In this document: one piece after another, positions 36,101 to 51,100 of the stretch
Numbering within the stretch: the first letter of the stretch is position 1
How the letters are laid out: the number at the start of each line of letters is the position of its first letter
Assembly (NCBI GenBank): GCA_037379345.1
Contig: CM074512.1
Location: forward strand, 19,344,001 to 19,408,000
DNA: 64,000 nucleotides
Direction of reading: 5' to 3'
From: Perna viridis
Lineage: Eukaryota
The notes under the pieces: generated by a model
The model's database searches: none
Told to the model about the DNA's origin: nothing
Seen by the model: the letters and a program-made list of their open reading frames with translations, nothing else
Translations under genes and position numbers: made by a program

Positions 36101-39100
36101 GTCATGCTCAAAGTATAAATTTGTTTTTTTTTTTTTATACATTGCTTTACTATAGCAAGTTACAGATCAAGATCAATTTGTGTTAAGGTCCAGTGATTTT
36201 TTTTTCCTGAGTTACTGTCCTTGGACATAAAAAACTAATGCAAATACTCAGTTTTCTACATTTTTTTTTGGTACTGCTTGCAGGTATACTTATGTTACAA
36301 AAGGTATTTGCAGGGATGATTTTTTTCAGAATTTGCGTGGAATTCCACTGTCTCAAATCGTGATTTTACCGTTATGATTCTTTTTTTTTACTGTATACAT
36401 GTTCTATTTACTTCTGATATTGCCAATTTCCACTGTTTATTTACCTTGTAAAATCATCCCTGTATTTTGGTACTTGGCTTTACCATGACAAGTTACAGAT
36501 CAAGAATGGATTTTGTTCAAGTCCATTGATTTTTATGAGTTATGGTCCTTGGGTTTTGAAACTTTTTTTCTAGTAAGGGACTTAATATTGCCTTGCAATA
36601 ATCTCAAAATGCTTGTCAAAATCATAATGGAAACATGGCATTAACATAAGCCTAATGGGAATTTCTTCAGTCTGTTGAGATAAAATACTTCAAAATATTT
36701 CTCATAGTTTGTATGTACTATAGAAAAGCAAATGTAATTAAAAAATTGAATCATTTTGAAAAATGACTTTACGAGAACTTTTTTTTCAAAAATTTATCAA
36801 ACTTGGATAATATTTAACTACTAAAGAGGATTTAAACGTCCTTGACTATCCTATCAAGTCATGCACAGACCAAACATGTATTGTACTTTACTCAGATGAT
36901 TAACTTTGGATTCTTATGAAAAATAATGGTGCTTCTTCACTAAGCCATGAGACAGTTGCTGTTTATAGTAAATGTTATTTTTAAACAGGAAAATAAAAGA
37001 TTGAAAGAACAGTATGAAAGAATCAAGTATGTATGAATTTAAATGTTTAAAATAATATGCCTTTCAGTAATTTAGTGTGGTTATTTATTCCATAATTGAA
37101 GATTTCATTACATAGCTAAAAAATATCAAATGATAACTATTACTACAAAAACCTACTTTTCCATTTAAAATTGCAACAAAGTAGGAATGATGCTGGGAGA
37201 AGGTACAATCTGACTCGGAAATAATAAAAAGAGTATTTATCCTTTTAAGGGAATCTACCACTGCAAAATATGAAGACTTCTGTGCAGAAAATTAAGACTC
37301 TACATTGTTTATATATTACTTGATTGCAATAAAAAGGTTTGAAAATTGAGATTCTAAAGTTTCTGAAAAAAAATTAAAACTGTCTTTCAAAAGAAAAGAC
37401 AAATTACTAGCACATGTATGCTTGACTTCTATGATAATGCAAACAGGATATATTTAGTTGTAGGTCTTCATAAGTAAAAATAAAAGGTAGTATGGTAATT
37501 TTATTCAATTCCAGAGCCGAAGCTGTACCTCCTGCAGAATTTAACAGTTTAAGACAGAAAGTATCTATAATGGAAAATGAGTTATCTAGTAACTGTACCA
37601 AGTTGAATATGACTGAAAATTCCAGAAGAGCGTTAGAAAGTAAAGTTGCTAAATATGAAGACGAAATCAAGAAGCTAAAAGGTTCAGAGGTTTGTGCACA
37701 TATAAAGATATCTTATCAGACTGTTTATGTTATTAATACTCAATGATTGTAAAAGAATACAGGTCTTCCAATTTTATCATGGTAAAAATGGAAGAAAAAT
37801 GTAAAAGACACAATTTTGACTGATATTCTGAATTTATTAATCTACCGTTCTCAAAGCTGATGGAGACTGTAAAAGAAGGATTTGTTCATCTATCTGTCAG
37901 TTAGTAACAATCAGTTGTCAAGACTTTTGGGTAATATTTTGTATAATTGACTTGCTGTTTGACTATAAGAAAATTTAGATGAGAACTTTACTGAATAAGT
38001 TAGAATTCTTGTCAAATTGCATATATTATAATTTTTTAGGGGTCAGTAGAGGACATAATATGTGGCTTTGTTGAATAATCTGATTGTCTTGTTTAAAATG
38101 AGATTACTGTAAAATAAACAATCATTTTATTTAATATTCTAAGAACAAGTTTATTTATGGAACAATAGACACCTTATTAGTCACAAAAAGACCTCTAATT
38201 TCTGATTACCAATCCTTTTACCTTTTTGAACTCTGTTAAAAAAAAATTAATTCAGAATATAGACAATGAAAATTATATTTCAGACTGACAGCTCTGGAGT
38301 GTGGTCAAAGAGGATTGATGAAGTTAATCAGCAACTGAGAAAGGCAGAGGCAGAGAAGAACAACATGGCAAAAAATTTACAAGCAGCAGAAAAAGAGTGT
38401 TCTTCTGTTAAAAGTAGACTTCAAGAACTTGAATCTGCCTTGACTGGAAATGATACAGTTTCTAAAGAATTAGAACAAAAATTGAAGGTTAGATTCATGT
38501 CTTGACTCATAGGTATGAAATCTTGATTCACATTATCAAATCTATTTTAGAAGTGTTAGTTGTCTTAAAGTTGATCATGCTAAATGTTTGCAATCCATAG
38601 ATTTTCCTTTTTTTTCCTCAGAGAGTACTTTGGATAAGCTTGCTTTAAAATTTTTGTTTTATAATACATAGGTCACCAAACTAAGTTTGAAGATAATTAA
38701 GCTTTTTTATTATGATTATATTAGAAATTTTCAATATCTCTACCGCATTTTATAAAGATTGGTCAATTGATTTTATACCCTTGTGAATGAAGTTTTTTGG
38801 GGGATATATAGGAATCACCCCATTGGTCTGTCTGTCTTTCCATCCTTCTGCCAACATGTCTTGTAAGCACTCCTCCGAAACCACGCAAGGCATTTTGATA
38901 AAATTTTATAGGAAGGTTGGGCTTCATACATGTATGTAGATGTGAAGGAATATAGTTAGAATCTGAGGATTTTACTTGTTAGCCCAACTCTACCTAAACC
39001 ACTCAAGGTTTTTATGATTTTAATAAGGAAAGTTGGGCATTATATGTTGATGTCCATAAAGAAATATAGTTACTGTCTGAGGTCTCCAAAAGAAGATAAT

Positions 39101-42100
39101 CCATCTTACGGGTTTTACATGTGTTATAACATCATGAGTACATTTCCTCCTAAACTGCTCAAGTAATTTTGATCAAGTTTTATAGCTAGGTTGGGTATCA
39201 TATTTAGATGTGAATGAAGGCACATAGTTTCTGTTAGAGGACTCCAGAGAGAGATTGCAGTCTTCACAACTGACTTTCCAGTTCACAGCTCCAAAATACG
39301 TTTTTCAGAAATTTTTATATAGTGACTGTTGGCCTGTAGTAGTTAATTATAGCCTTGGGCTTCAGACTACTGCTTAACCGTGAAGACTGAGACTGTTAAA
39401 ATCTTGTATTAAGCACAACTTTTCTTAATTGCTCAAGGAAATTTAAAGGCATCAAAAGTAGATGTGCATGAAGGAAAATAATTGTAGCATGAGGATTCCA
39501 AAGGGAGATAATTGAATTTACGGGTTATATAACTTCACTAGAAGCAGGAGGTGTTCTCTTTGTGAACTTGCTCACAGTATTTCTTGTTTACACAAATTTG
39601 TGAAAAGAACACTAAATTAATAATCTTTTCAATGGAACCAAACTATTTTAAAAAGATCTGAAAATCCATTTGATAGGTACCAGTGTTGAAATTGCATATT
39701 CTTCAGTTGGTGAATGTCAAAATAAGTTATTACTGGTAGTCCTAAACAATCGTTAAGTACTTTTTAGAATTAAGGGACATAGATGGTATGATTTAAGTCT
39801 TTTTTTTCTACTCCGTATAAATTGCTTATTTCTTGTGTCTACCTGTAAATTTTTAAGATCTTTGACCCCTTTTTATTCTGGTTAGAATCTTGTCAAACAT
39901 TAAATTGCAATCCACATTAAGAAGTGTTTTAAGAGTGAATGTTGTTTCCATACTTGTCCCAACTGTTCAGGGTTTTACATCTGTGGTTTATAAAGCTGCA
40001 CCCTGGGAAAAATTTTATTGATGTTTGTAAACTTGACAATTTTGGTTTTTTTTATCCTTTAGGATTATAATACCTTATGTTGTCACTTCAGGCCTGGAAC
40101 CTCCCTACTCTTTATGAACATTACACAAAATATAGTCCAAATGTAATTCCTTTCATATCATTCAATACATCTTTTATAACTGTAAATGTGTTTTTCTTTC
40201 AATTATTCAGCTTGATAATATTATATTATTTCTGCAAATAATATTAAAATCAAGTCTTAAAATGAACTGAAGATTTGAGGGACTCCTTTTTGGCCTTGAA
40301 AGTTGTTTAGTTATGAATTTGCTTTTAGAGAATGAAGTTCTTGCAGTTTAAATGTGTCAAAAAGTATTAAATTTGCCAAGCATGTTCCATTTAACTCATT
40401 TGTCAGTTAAAATCTCCATCCTATCAATGATATCTTATGGTGAATGAACAGGAAGTTGAGAGTGGTGATTTTAATTAAAATTGCCAGGAAAGTTCAAATT
40501 GATAGAAAGTGTCTAGCTTTGAAAATCTTGTATTCATCAAGGAAATTATTTTCTTAAGCTGAAAGTAGTTCCATTTGAGAATAAGTACACGGTAGGATAG
40601 ATACTATGTTGAAATAGCTTTGAATATGATTGCAAAGTAAGTTTTTGGATGGGTTTAAAAAATAGGGCAAAGGGTGACACAGAACAAAATTTGTAAATGT
40701 GTGTGGATACTTTTTAACTATCCATTACAGTTTGTACTTCAGAAATCAGTATTAAAGATTCACATTCAACATTCAGTTTATGCATAATAAGTTCTAATTT
40801 TTCAGTTAAATGTTGTTCATGGTACAATTTTCATAAGAATAAAAAAGTGTTAACAGCTCTTTGATTTTAAAGCAAGCATTTGAGCAGAGAAGCAGTTTTG
40901 GGCAAAAGACAGTGAATGAATTGTCTTTAGTTTTGTAGTAAAAGGAAATGACTTTTATTGAATTAAAATTTACTGTTTACTCTTTTTTTTTTTGACAGGG
41001 TTCTGAAAAGGAGAAGAACTCACTAGAATCATCATTGAAATCAGCAGAAAGGAAACTGGCTGAAATAGAAAAAGAAAAGTCAACATTTCAAAAAGAAAAA
41101 TCAGATCTTCAGATAGAATTGAAGGTTTTAATCTTACTATGAAGAGCTATTAAAGATATTTCCTTACTAGTGGTTCACATATAATCAAATTGAAAATTAT
41201 TTTCCCCATAATTGTAATTGTGTAGATGGGACATGCTGTAATACTTCTTTTCCATTTCTGTAGGTTGGACTGAAGATAAAAAATTCTATAAAAGAGCAAA
41301 ATGTGAACAAATTATGAATGCACCTTTTTGTGGGCTTATTTTAGAATTTAGATTGTATACCAGCGAGTTTATATTTTGCATTAGAACTGTACTCAATCAC
41401 AAGGAAACAAAAATGTAAATTTATTTGTATATGAATGAAGCATTTTCCATGTTTGGTGTAATATCTAACATTTACTTCTTTGATCTTTTTTGTTAGAAAT
41501 AAAACAATATTTCTCTGATGGCATCCATTGAGAGCAATAAAAAAAATGAATAGGATATGTATTAATTATATTGGTATTAATTTCAGAGAATGAAAGAGGA
41601 GAAGAAAGTTCTTGATGATGAAGTCAAAGTAACAAAAGAAAAACTGACTAAATCTGAAGAAGCCGTGAAAACAGGATCTGCACCAAATGGAGACATACAC
41701 AATGAAACTAGTCCCAATAAAATCACCGTAGCAGAACATGAGAAAATGTAAATGTCCTTTCCATATAATTTTTTCCTGCTTAAGAACATTTGGGGGAAAT
41801 CCCACATATTCGCAGACCACTTAGTTAAGGAGTACCACAGGTGAAATTCTACAATGTAAATTCTATCTGCTGACTAAGTCATTCAGTTAAGTAGTCAGAG
41901 AGACTTAGGTAATGGACATAATTGTGAAGTGTATTTGTATAGCTTAACACATAGTGATACTTTTCTTGTGATTAAGCTTGTCTTTTTGTTCTTCACTTTA
42001 CCACTATGGGGAACTCTTGATACAAATGTAGTTTTTACACATTTTAAAAAGGGTGGCACTTAGATTAAGGTGGCTACTGAATTTTTACTTGGGCAAGTTT

Positions 42101-45100
42101 AAATAAAAATGGGTTTCACACACTAGTATCATTGAAATTTTTACTTATTGAAATTCTAAATGATAATAAAATTTATGTCACAGATATCCAGAAAAACATC
42201 TCAAGGCCAACCAAGAGTGATGGGGGAAATTATACTTTGTGCATGTACTTAATGTAGTTTTTATTTCAGTGAAATTTAATGTTACATTTTCCCTAAATTG
42301 TAGATTATCACAGAAGACAACAGAGATAAAGAAATTGACCACAGATGTTGAGAATAAAAAGACTGAAATTTCAAAAATTCAAGACCAACTTTCATCACAG
42401 AAAAATGAAATAAGTAAAACACAAGAACAGTTCAATTCTGTGAAGAATGAAAATTTAAGCTTAAAAAGCCAACTTGAATCACAAAATAAAGAGCTGTCAA
42501 GCTTAAAAACTGAGGTTGAAAAGAAACAGTCACCTGCATTGTCATCAAGTTCAGAAGAAGTGGCAAGATTAAAGAATGAGCTTGAAACCCAGAAGAAAAA
42601 AAATAATGTATGTATAACTGTTTACAGGTAAAAAGTTGTTCAGTTTCAGGTCTTGCTTGTTTCCTTGTCATGATCATGAATCAAAAGAAATTAATAAGAG
42701 GTTAAATTATGCTGAAATATGATGTTAATGTGACTTTTGAAAATACTTGTAAAAGTGTTCATGTAATAGCAACTAGAAAGTAAATTATGATGTAGCATGA
42801 CAAGTTAGTTGGAAATTTCAACAACTTATTATTGGATATGATTTATCGTACAAAGACTATTGTCTTTTCTCTCCATCTTATTGGGAACTAGTCTATGTCA
42901 ATAATTTAATATATTAAACTTTTAAATAGTTAGATAGTGCTACTATTAAATAATGTATATACAAGCATAATGTGGTTGGTATAGATGATCATATCCTTCC
43001 ACAAGGGCGGCTTATTAATGCAATTTCTAAGTGGAAGTGTTTTGTGTAGATTTTCATCAAAAGTAAAAGTAATTAAAATCAACAGTTTGAACACATTTTT
43101 AATCAGTAGTAGGTAAAAGCTTGACTGAGTAAATAATAAAACACACTGGTCACTTAAACTTGATGCATTGTCATACCAAAATGGACTTGCATGGTTGGAA
43201 AAATATACAGCTAAATGCAAACTAAAATGAAAAAAAACGAATTACATTGGACCAGTTCTTGACCTCTTGTATTTGGTTTAAATTCTAAGCTAGCACTCAC
43301 TTTTATTCTGTTCAGAATCTTGTCAAACATTTGATCACAATCAAAATAAAGAGCTTTATTAAGCTTGAATTGTGTGTCCACACTTGCCTCAACTGTTCAA
43401 GGTTCAACCTCTGTGGTGGAATTAAGCTGCATCCTGTGAAGCATTTTATTCAATCTTCCCAAAGTGCATTAGTGCATCGAGGGGTATTAAATGATTAAAT
43501 GCTGTAGATACATAATCAATTAGGGAAATTTACTTTTAGTCACCATAGGGCTATGGATATTGACAATTAAAATGCATTCAAAACCATTAATTGGACTATT
43601 TTATGTAGGAGTTACGAGAAAAGAATTGGAAAGCAATGGATGCTTTAGATAAAACTGAAAAGTCTTGTTCTGACAAAGTTAAGAAAGCAGTTAAAGAGAC
43701 AAAGGTAAATTCACAAAATTGTCATCATGGCTTTATTTTGATCTTTACACAATAATTTGGTTTCACTGCTTTAAATTTACTATTTTGTTTTGCATTTAAA
43801 TGTTGTAAAATGTAAATTAGTGTCTGGCATTTCAATAAATTTTGATAATGTTCATTAGTACCTGTCTTCTCCCTATGAATATGATATCATTCAATGCACA
43901 GACACTGGCATTCAAAATCTTTGAGCTATATTGTTCTGGGGAAATGATTAGTATTGTTTTTACACCCAATAAACGATTGCAGTAAATTTGTGAGTTTTAT
44001 TTTACGTTAGGCCAGCTTAAAATTCCTTCTGTTAGCGTGGCCCAAGTCATTGAAAAATAGATTGGTTCAGTAGGTACGTTAATAATTTTTGTTTCTCACA
44101 AATTATTTCAAAAATGAACTGTAGGTTTCAGAACATCAATATAAAGATTATAGTAGTACATGTTCTGCCGTTCTAATATTTTTTGTTGTTGATGTTGTAA
44201 CACCTATCAAGAATGTCAGGACAGCTTTTGAATACTTATAAAAAATCCATATTTCAGAAAAACAGTGATAGGCAAAAAGTTTGACTAATTCTACCAATAT
44301 AAACTTTTCTATCATTATGTTTGATGTGTCAGGGAGGCTATGGCAGCCAAATATTTTATTTTGCCTTACCACTTTCCAATGTGCTAACAGGCTAGTTACA
44401 TTTTCTTGTTACTGTACATTAGGCCACTTCAAATTAAATGATTTGTTCTCTGGACATATAAGGTGTGAATAAACCGTGTTTGATTGTTATACAACTGCAA
44501 AAATTATTCTGACAATTGTTTTTTTTTTTTTTTTTAAACTTCCACAGTTGTTAAGTACCATATAATAAAGGTTAAGTTCAATTTTCAGCAACATCCAAAA
44601 TGTGGTTTTCAAGTTAAGCAATTTTGAATGTTTTGTCATCCCCCTTTTTCACCATTAAGTTTGGGGGTATAATTTAATGTTCCATTAATGCCCTAGTTTT
44701 CATGGAACTTCAACTAGTTAACCTCTAAGGGGTAAAGTTCAAGTCATCTGCACTTCTTAAAAATGCACAAGGCAAAAAAAAATGATAGTAAATAGGGTAC
44801 GTAAGGTAGCAGGAAACAGTAAGAAAGTTGATATTTATTTTTACCATGTTTGACATTGTTTAGCACAGCCTTATGCAAAATCAATTTTCATCACAGGCCA
44901 TAGTCCAATTTTTATCTACTGGTATTCTATAAACGCAGATCTTTAAAAAGTTATTAATATATTACTAATTAATTTTGTTTGTCATATCAAGATACAGTTT
45001 GTAGAAGGAAATTAGTGCTAAAATGAAAAACCAGTGATGACTTTTATCAATTTTATCTAATTTGCTTAGCTTAAAACAAACTAAAGTTAGGCCATACAAA

Positions 45101-48100
45101 CTAACCATGACTGTACAAAATGCATTTAACCAATTTTTTTAAAAAGACAAATGCATATTTATGTTAAATCTTTGACATGTTTAAAAAAAAAAAACATAAA
45201 GAAAGAAAGAAGAAAAAGGAACATTTCAGCACCCTAATGCTTTTCTTAATTAGCATGACATATGGGCAGTCCAAATTGCATCAGCATCTGAGTAAGGGAA
45301 GTAATACTGGTGTCAAGGGAAACTTGAAAACATGTAGTTGCTAAATGCTTCACATTAAACCATTTTTCCTTTTTCATCACATTAAATTTATATACACATA
45401 TACAACAGGGATGACTCTTTTTTCCACTTTTTAATGGAATTCATTTATTTCAAATCTGGATTTTACCGTTACAATTCTTTTTTTACTGTATATTTACTTA
45501 TGGTTTTGCCGATTTCTGCTTTGTAGATCTTGTAAAATCATTCCTGATACAAAATGTACATGACTCAGAATTTGAAATAACATTCTGACAGTGCTTTTAT
45601 ACTGTACAGCTGCAAAAAAAAAATGTGATCATATTTCCCTTGCCAGGAGTGACAGACAGCTATCTTTTTTGTAAATGCTTAGTTTTTGAACGAAAACTTC
45701 AAATTTAGTTGAAAGATCTTGAGAGATCTTACAGAGAGGTTTCAAACCATTAAAGAGATATGATTTTCTTCACTTTAAAACAGAATTTTACTTTTTCAGA
45801 TCCAGATGTTACCATTTCATTTCATTTTATACACTATGTTTAGTTCCAATATTGCCAATGTCCACTTGTTGGCTTCATAAAATCATGTTAGTGAAAGGAA
45901 GATTGGTATTGAATTTAGGGGACTTCAATTAATTCATTGTGGTGTGTTGTAGTGTTCTGTGTATTTTTGGGTTCTTGGACATCATTCAGACATCCAATTT
46001 TTGTAACTTTGGAAGTCCGAATGGCTTCTGTCTGAAAAAGTTAACTGTGAAGACTGTCTTTAAAAAATAACTTTTTCTAAAATGACTCCATTTAGATAGA
46101 AGGGATTTTTGTAGTAAACGTTGGTTTACTTTTTTAACCTTGCAGGAAGAGGTACAAAGCTCAATTACAGAAGCACACAAAGCTGATCAAGCATTACTTC
46201 AAAGGTTGTTTCCAGATGTGAAAGTTAGTGAGAAATTGGTAAGCATTCATTTGAAAATATGAATATCATTGTATGCTAGAAATAAACTTCTGGTAGTGTT
46301 TGTTTGATTATAAAATGACCAATTACACATTTTTTCCTATGCCCAACCCACAAAGCTAGGGTATAGGTTTAAAGTCTGTGTATTCATTTGTTAGTACACA
46401 AAGTATTTCTCATCCTAGATTTAAATTTGTACTGATGCATTTTTGTTACTGAGATCTGTGTCACAAATGAGCGACAGTCAATCTTACTCAAACAATAAGT
46501 CTTTTATATGTCTCCCTTGGCTCTTGAAATTTGGTCAGCGAATGTCTGTCAATTTGTCAAGTCTACAGTTTTGAACTGGTGAAAACTTATTCCGATGGGT
46601 AGTGCGAGATGAAGAGGAAAAAAAAAACCTAAACATATTTTTCTGTTTTGAACGCTCTAATTTAAGGTACCATAAAAACTTAAAATATTCATAAGTGCCC
46701 AACTGCAACATAAAGTAAATGAAAATGTAATGCCAATTAACCGCTGGGGATTAGGAACTTTACTGTAATAATAATATAATAATATATACACACTTCTAAT
46801 TATTGGTGATAAAATTTGATTATATGATGGAGCTTTGATTGCCACTTGAATATTTATCAATCTTTGTGTACAAATTGTTAGATTCTGAACATGCCTTTCA
46901 ATATTGCTATTTTATTGGGAATTATTTCTTTAGTAAGTGACCTTACTGAATACCAACTGTACAAATGGTCTAATCTTCAATCCTCCCAGTAAAGCTCAGA
47001 AATTAATTATACAAAACCAATAATCAACTATTAACCTAGTCAACTAATGTAGGAATATTTTCACATTCATGTGACATATGATCATCACTGAGTGAGCTGC
47101 CTCTTTAAATAGCTGTCAGTTATGATGGTGGATGGCAAATTTACAGGTTAAGGTCATCGTAATTGACAGCTATTCAAAATTAAAAGACTGTCCAAAAGAT
47201 CACACAGGTGTTCTGTGGTAGTTAAGTAGGACACACTGGTATAATGTAGGGCAGATTTCTACCTAGAGAGCTAGTTAAATTACTCACTAGCCGAGCTAAA
47301 TTTGTATTGAAATTGGAACTGGTCTATTTCAACTAGCTGTAAATGTTTTTTTGTTTTTGTTTTTCTCTTTAGTACTGCTTTAAATTTTGTTGTATAAATC
47401 AGTCTATATTCACTAATTGATGAATGTTTTTTTTAAGAAACACACTGAGTGGATGACAACATTTGAAAAAGAAGTCAAGTCTTTTATAGTCAGTGTCCAG
47501 TCACAAAAAGGACAGCAAGTAAGTGTTTCTTTTTATTTATTTAAAAACAGTTTAGATTACTTGCATTGGTTTAATTGGTTTGCAAAAGTAACAAATGAGT
47601 GAACAGATAGACTAAAAGGCTAACAATAGCCATGATCCCTTGTCATGGTCCAGTCAGATTCTCATCACTTTATAAAATTTACCTTGAAAAAACATTAATC
47701 ATCTTGGTTTATTGGGAACATATAAATCATTAATTACTGGACTGTCAGATGTTTAAACCTTTACAGCCACAAACATTTAAACAATATATTGGAATCATGG
47801 TAGTAGTTACTGTGACTTTTGTCCTTCATTGAATTCTGCTTGCACATATACATACATGTTATGTGGCCCCAATTGCATCCAGGCTGTATTAGTTTTTTCA
47901 TGTTGCATGTGGATAGACTTTTATTTCATTCTTTTGAACTATCATGAAAATCATACACTGACTGTGTGTGTGTTAATTTTACACTACTCTTTTTGATACT
48001 GCTCTCAATGTGTACGATTAAGCAAAGATTCTTAGCTTACTTTCATTCATGTAACAACTCAATCATGGCCGTTTATCATGCTATTTTACCAGTAAATGTG

Positions 48101-51100
48101 ATGCGAAGTAGATCTATTTCCAGTGGGAAAGAGCAATAAAAGTTTGAGCGTGCAATTCAATAATGAGCATTTTTAAAGCTTATATTTCAGTATAACGAAA
48201 ATTTGGTGATGTGATTCTGTGGCCAAGAAAGTATTCTTGGTGTCTGTAAACTTTCGTATTGAAGTCTTAGTTTGGAATTTTTCTGAAATTGTTCCAGTCA
48301 CTTACAGTTGTATCTGGCAAAAAATGTACTAGAGATTGTTTTTTTCTGTTTTAATATGATATGTTATGTCATTATTTTTTTCTTAAAGAGTGCCAAATCA
48401 GAAGATTCTTCAAAGTTAGAAGAAGAAAATAAAAGATTAGAGTCACAAGTGCAAGAATTCAAAGTGGTCTTACAAACAACAGTAAGTTAATACAGAATTT
48501 TTTTTTATAGCAACATTGATGACTACAAAGAAATTAATTACTGTTTTTTAGGAACAATAGTATAAAACAGATCATAATACCCAGAAAAAGTCTTAATCCA
48601 GTTGATTTTAACAGAATGACCTGCATAAGTTAAAAGATCTTAGAAAACACTACCATATTATAAGTTTTATCATGTTCCTATCTTGAGTTGTAAGGAGAAA
48701 CTGCTGCATATGTATGTGTTCCATAATTTTTAATTCTGCATTGGACTATAATTGTAAAGGACTTAAGAAACTTTAATATTTCAATCTCTGTTTAGGAAAA
48801 TAAATTACAGCAATTAGAAAACAGTGTAGAAGGAGAAGAAAGGAAGTGGCAGCAGAAAGTACAGTCATTACAGATAGATCTTGAACAGGTCAGTGATCTT
48901 GCATTGTTGACATGCTCTACAGAGGATATTTACTGTAGTCTGTGGTTCACCACCATGAACAATTGGATAAAAAATGTTAATTTAAAAAATGTTGGCAACC
49001 ATACTATGTTCAAGCATCCTTGTCATAGACAAATGGTATCTGCACTATAACTTCTGTATAAGTGTATGGTTTAAAACAAGGTTTCTTACCACAAAAGCCA
49101 GAAAAGCCAGGTATTGATTTGATGGGTTATGATCTTAGTGGTTAAGCAATTAGATACCTAATTGATCAAAAACAAACACTATTCTAGTTTCGACATAGTA
49201 ATTTGAGAAATAATGTGTACGTCTAGTGAAATTGCACTGCAAGTTTCCATATCATCATATAAGGAAGACTGGTTTTTGTGTTCACAAAGTACATGAAAGG
49301 ATGAATTGGCAAGATTTTTCCAATATCTCACCCATTTTTATTCAACTGCAAAAACTTTGCAGTTGTGTAATGATATCATGCAGTCATTGTTTAGTGTTTG
49401 TTGAAAATTTGGTTTCTAGACAATAGGTATAAGTGTATTGGTCTGTATGACATTATAAACAAGGTGTCATATCACAAATGGAAAACTAGGATTTATATTT
49501 TGACTTGAACCATTTAGGAATTAAGAGGCCAAAAGGGGTCAAAAACAAAAGTATTTACTATGTTTGCACAATAAATTGACAATAAGTGAATGGATCTCTT
49601 TGAAATTGTACCAAGAGATGTCATACCATGAAAGGAAGACCAGAGTTGGACTAAGCTGTTCTGGAATGAATGGCGAGAGCCAAGCTTCTCATAATGTTTA
49701 GACAGTGACTATAAGTGAAATTATCACTTTCAAATTGTACCACAAGGTGCCAAATAATGAAAGGAAGACAGGAGCTAATTTAGAGTGCTCTGACTTGAAC
49801 CAGTTAGGAATGAGGGACTGAAAGGGGCCATTTAAAAGTGTTTTCCTGATATCTGGAGAATATATTGAATAAAGTGAATAGATCTCTTTGGTTTTGTACC
49901 ACAAAATACCATGACTGGGATTGATTTAAGATGTTGTGACTGGAATCATGCAAATATATGATAGGGAATGAATAAAAACAGCAGATTATTTCTTAAGCTA
50001 TTGCCATTAAAAGTAATAAGTGTAGTTATTTGCCAAGAAACTATATTAAACTTCAATTTCCAATTGAAGTAAGCATGTTTTCCATGAAAATTGATTTTTA
50101 AGATACGAAAATAGTTCTGTCTAACCACATTTATTTGCATCTTAAGTAGGCTGAATTTTTAGCTCCCCTGGTTGAAGGCCAAGTGAGCCATTGCCATCAC
50201 TTGGCGTTTGTCGTCATGGACAAATTTTAAAAAATCTTCTCCATCTGATACTACTGGACCGACAGGTTATAAACTTGGCATGATTGTTCCTTAGGGTATT
50301 ATGCACAAAATGACCGTTGGGATTTTTGATCCATGAAAAAACATGACCACTGTTACTAAAAATAGAACATGGGGTCAGATTGCAGTTTTTTCAAATAACT
50401 CAAAAACTGTTGCCTTTAGCAAGTTTCTGGCATAGAGTGTTCAGCATGATGAAACAAACTTATGCCAAAATTTTCAAAACGATTGGTCAACTGATGTAGG
50501 AGTTGCGGCTGCTGAAACACTTTTTTTTGCATTTTTCTTATGTGCAACTGAAAATCTTCTCAAAATCCATTGCACAGAATTCATTGAAAGTTGGCATTTA
50601 TGTTCCTTAAGGTATCCCACACAAAATGACAATTTGGATTGTTGATTCATGAAAAAACAGCCGCCGTTACTAAAAATAGAACACAGGGGTCAGATGGCAG
50701 TTTTTTGCAAATATTTAAAAACCTTTGCCTTCAGCAAATTTCTGGCTTGGGGGTTAAATTGTTAAGCATCATGAGAAGGACCTTTGCTGAAATTTTCAAA
50801 ACCATTCATTGACTAATATAGGAGTTACAACCCCTGAAATAGTTTTTTTGTTGTTTTTTTTCTTTCTCATGTACAACTTTGAATATCTTCTTCTCTAAAA
50901 CCATTTAAGATCATTGAATGAAAATAAGCATAATAGCTCCTTAGTGTATTATGCTCAAAATAACCGTTGTGATTTGTAATCCGTGAATAGATATGGCTGC
51001 CTATTCTGAAAATGGAACTTAGGGGTCATAAGAAATTGTTGCCTTTAGCAAAATTCTGGTTCAGGTCATGAAAATGCTATGAATAATTTTAGTTGATTTT

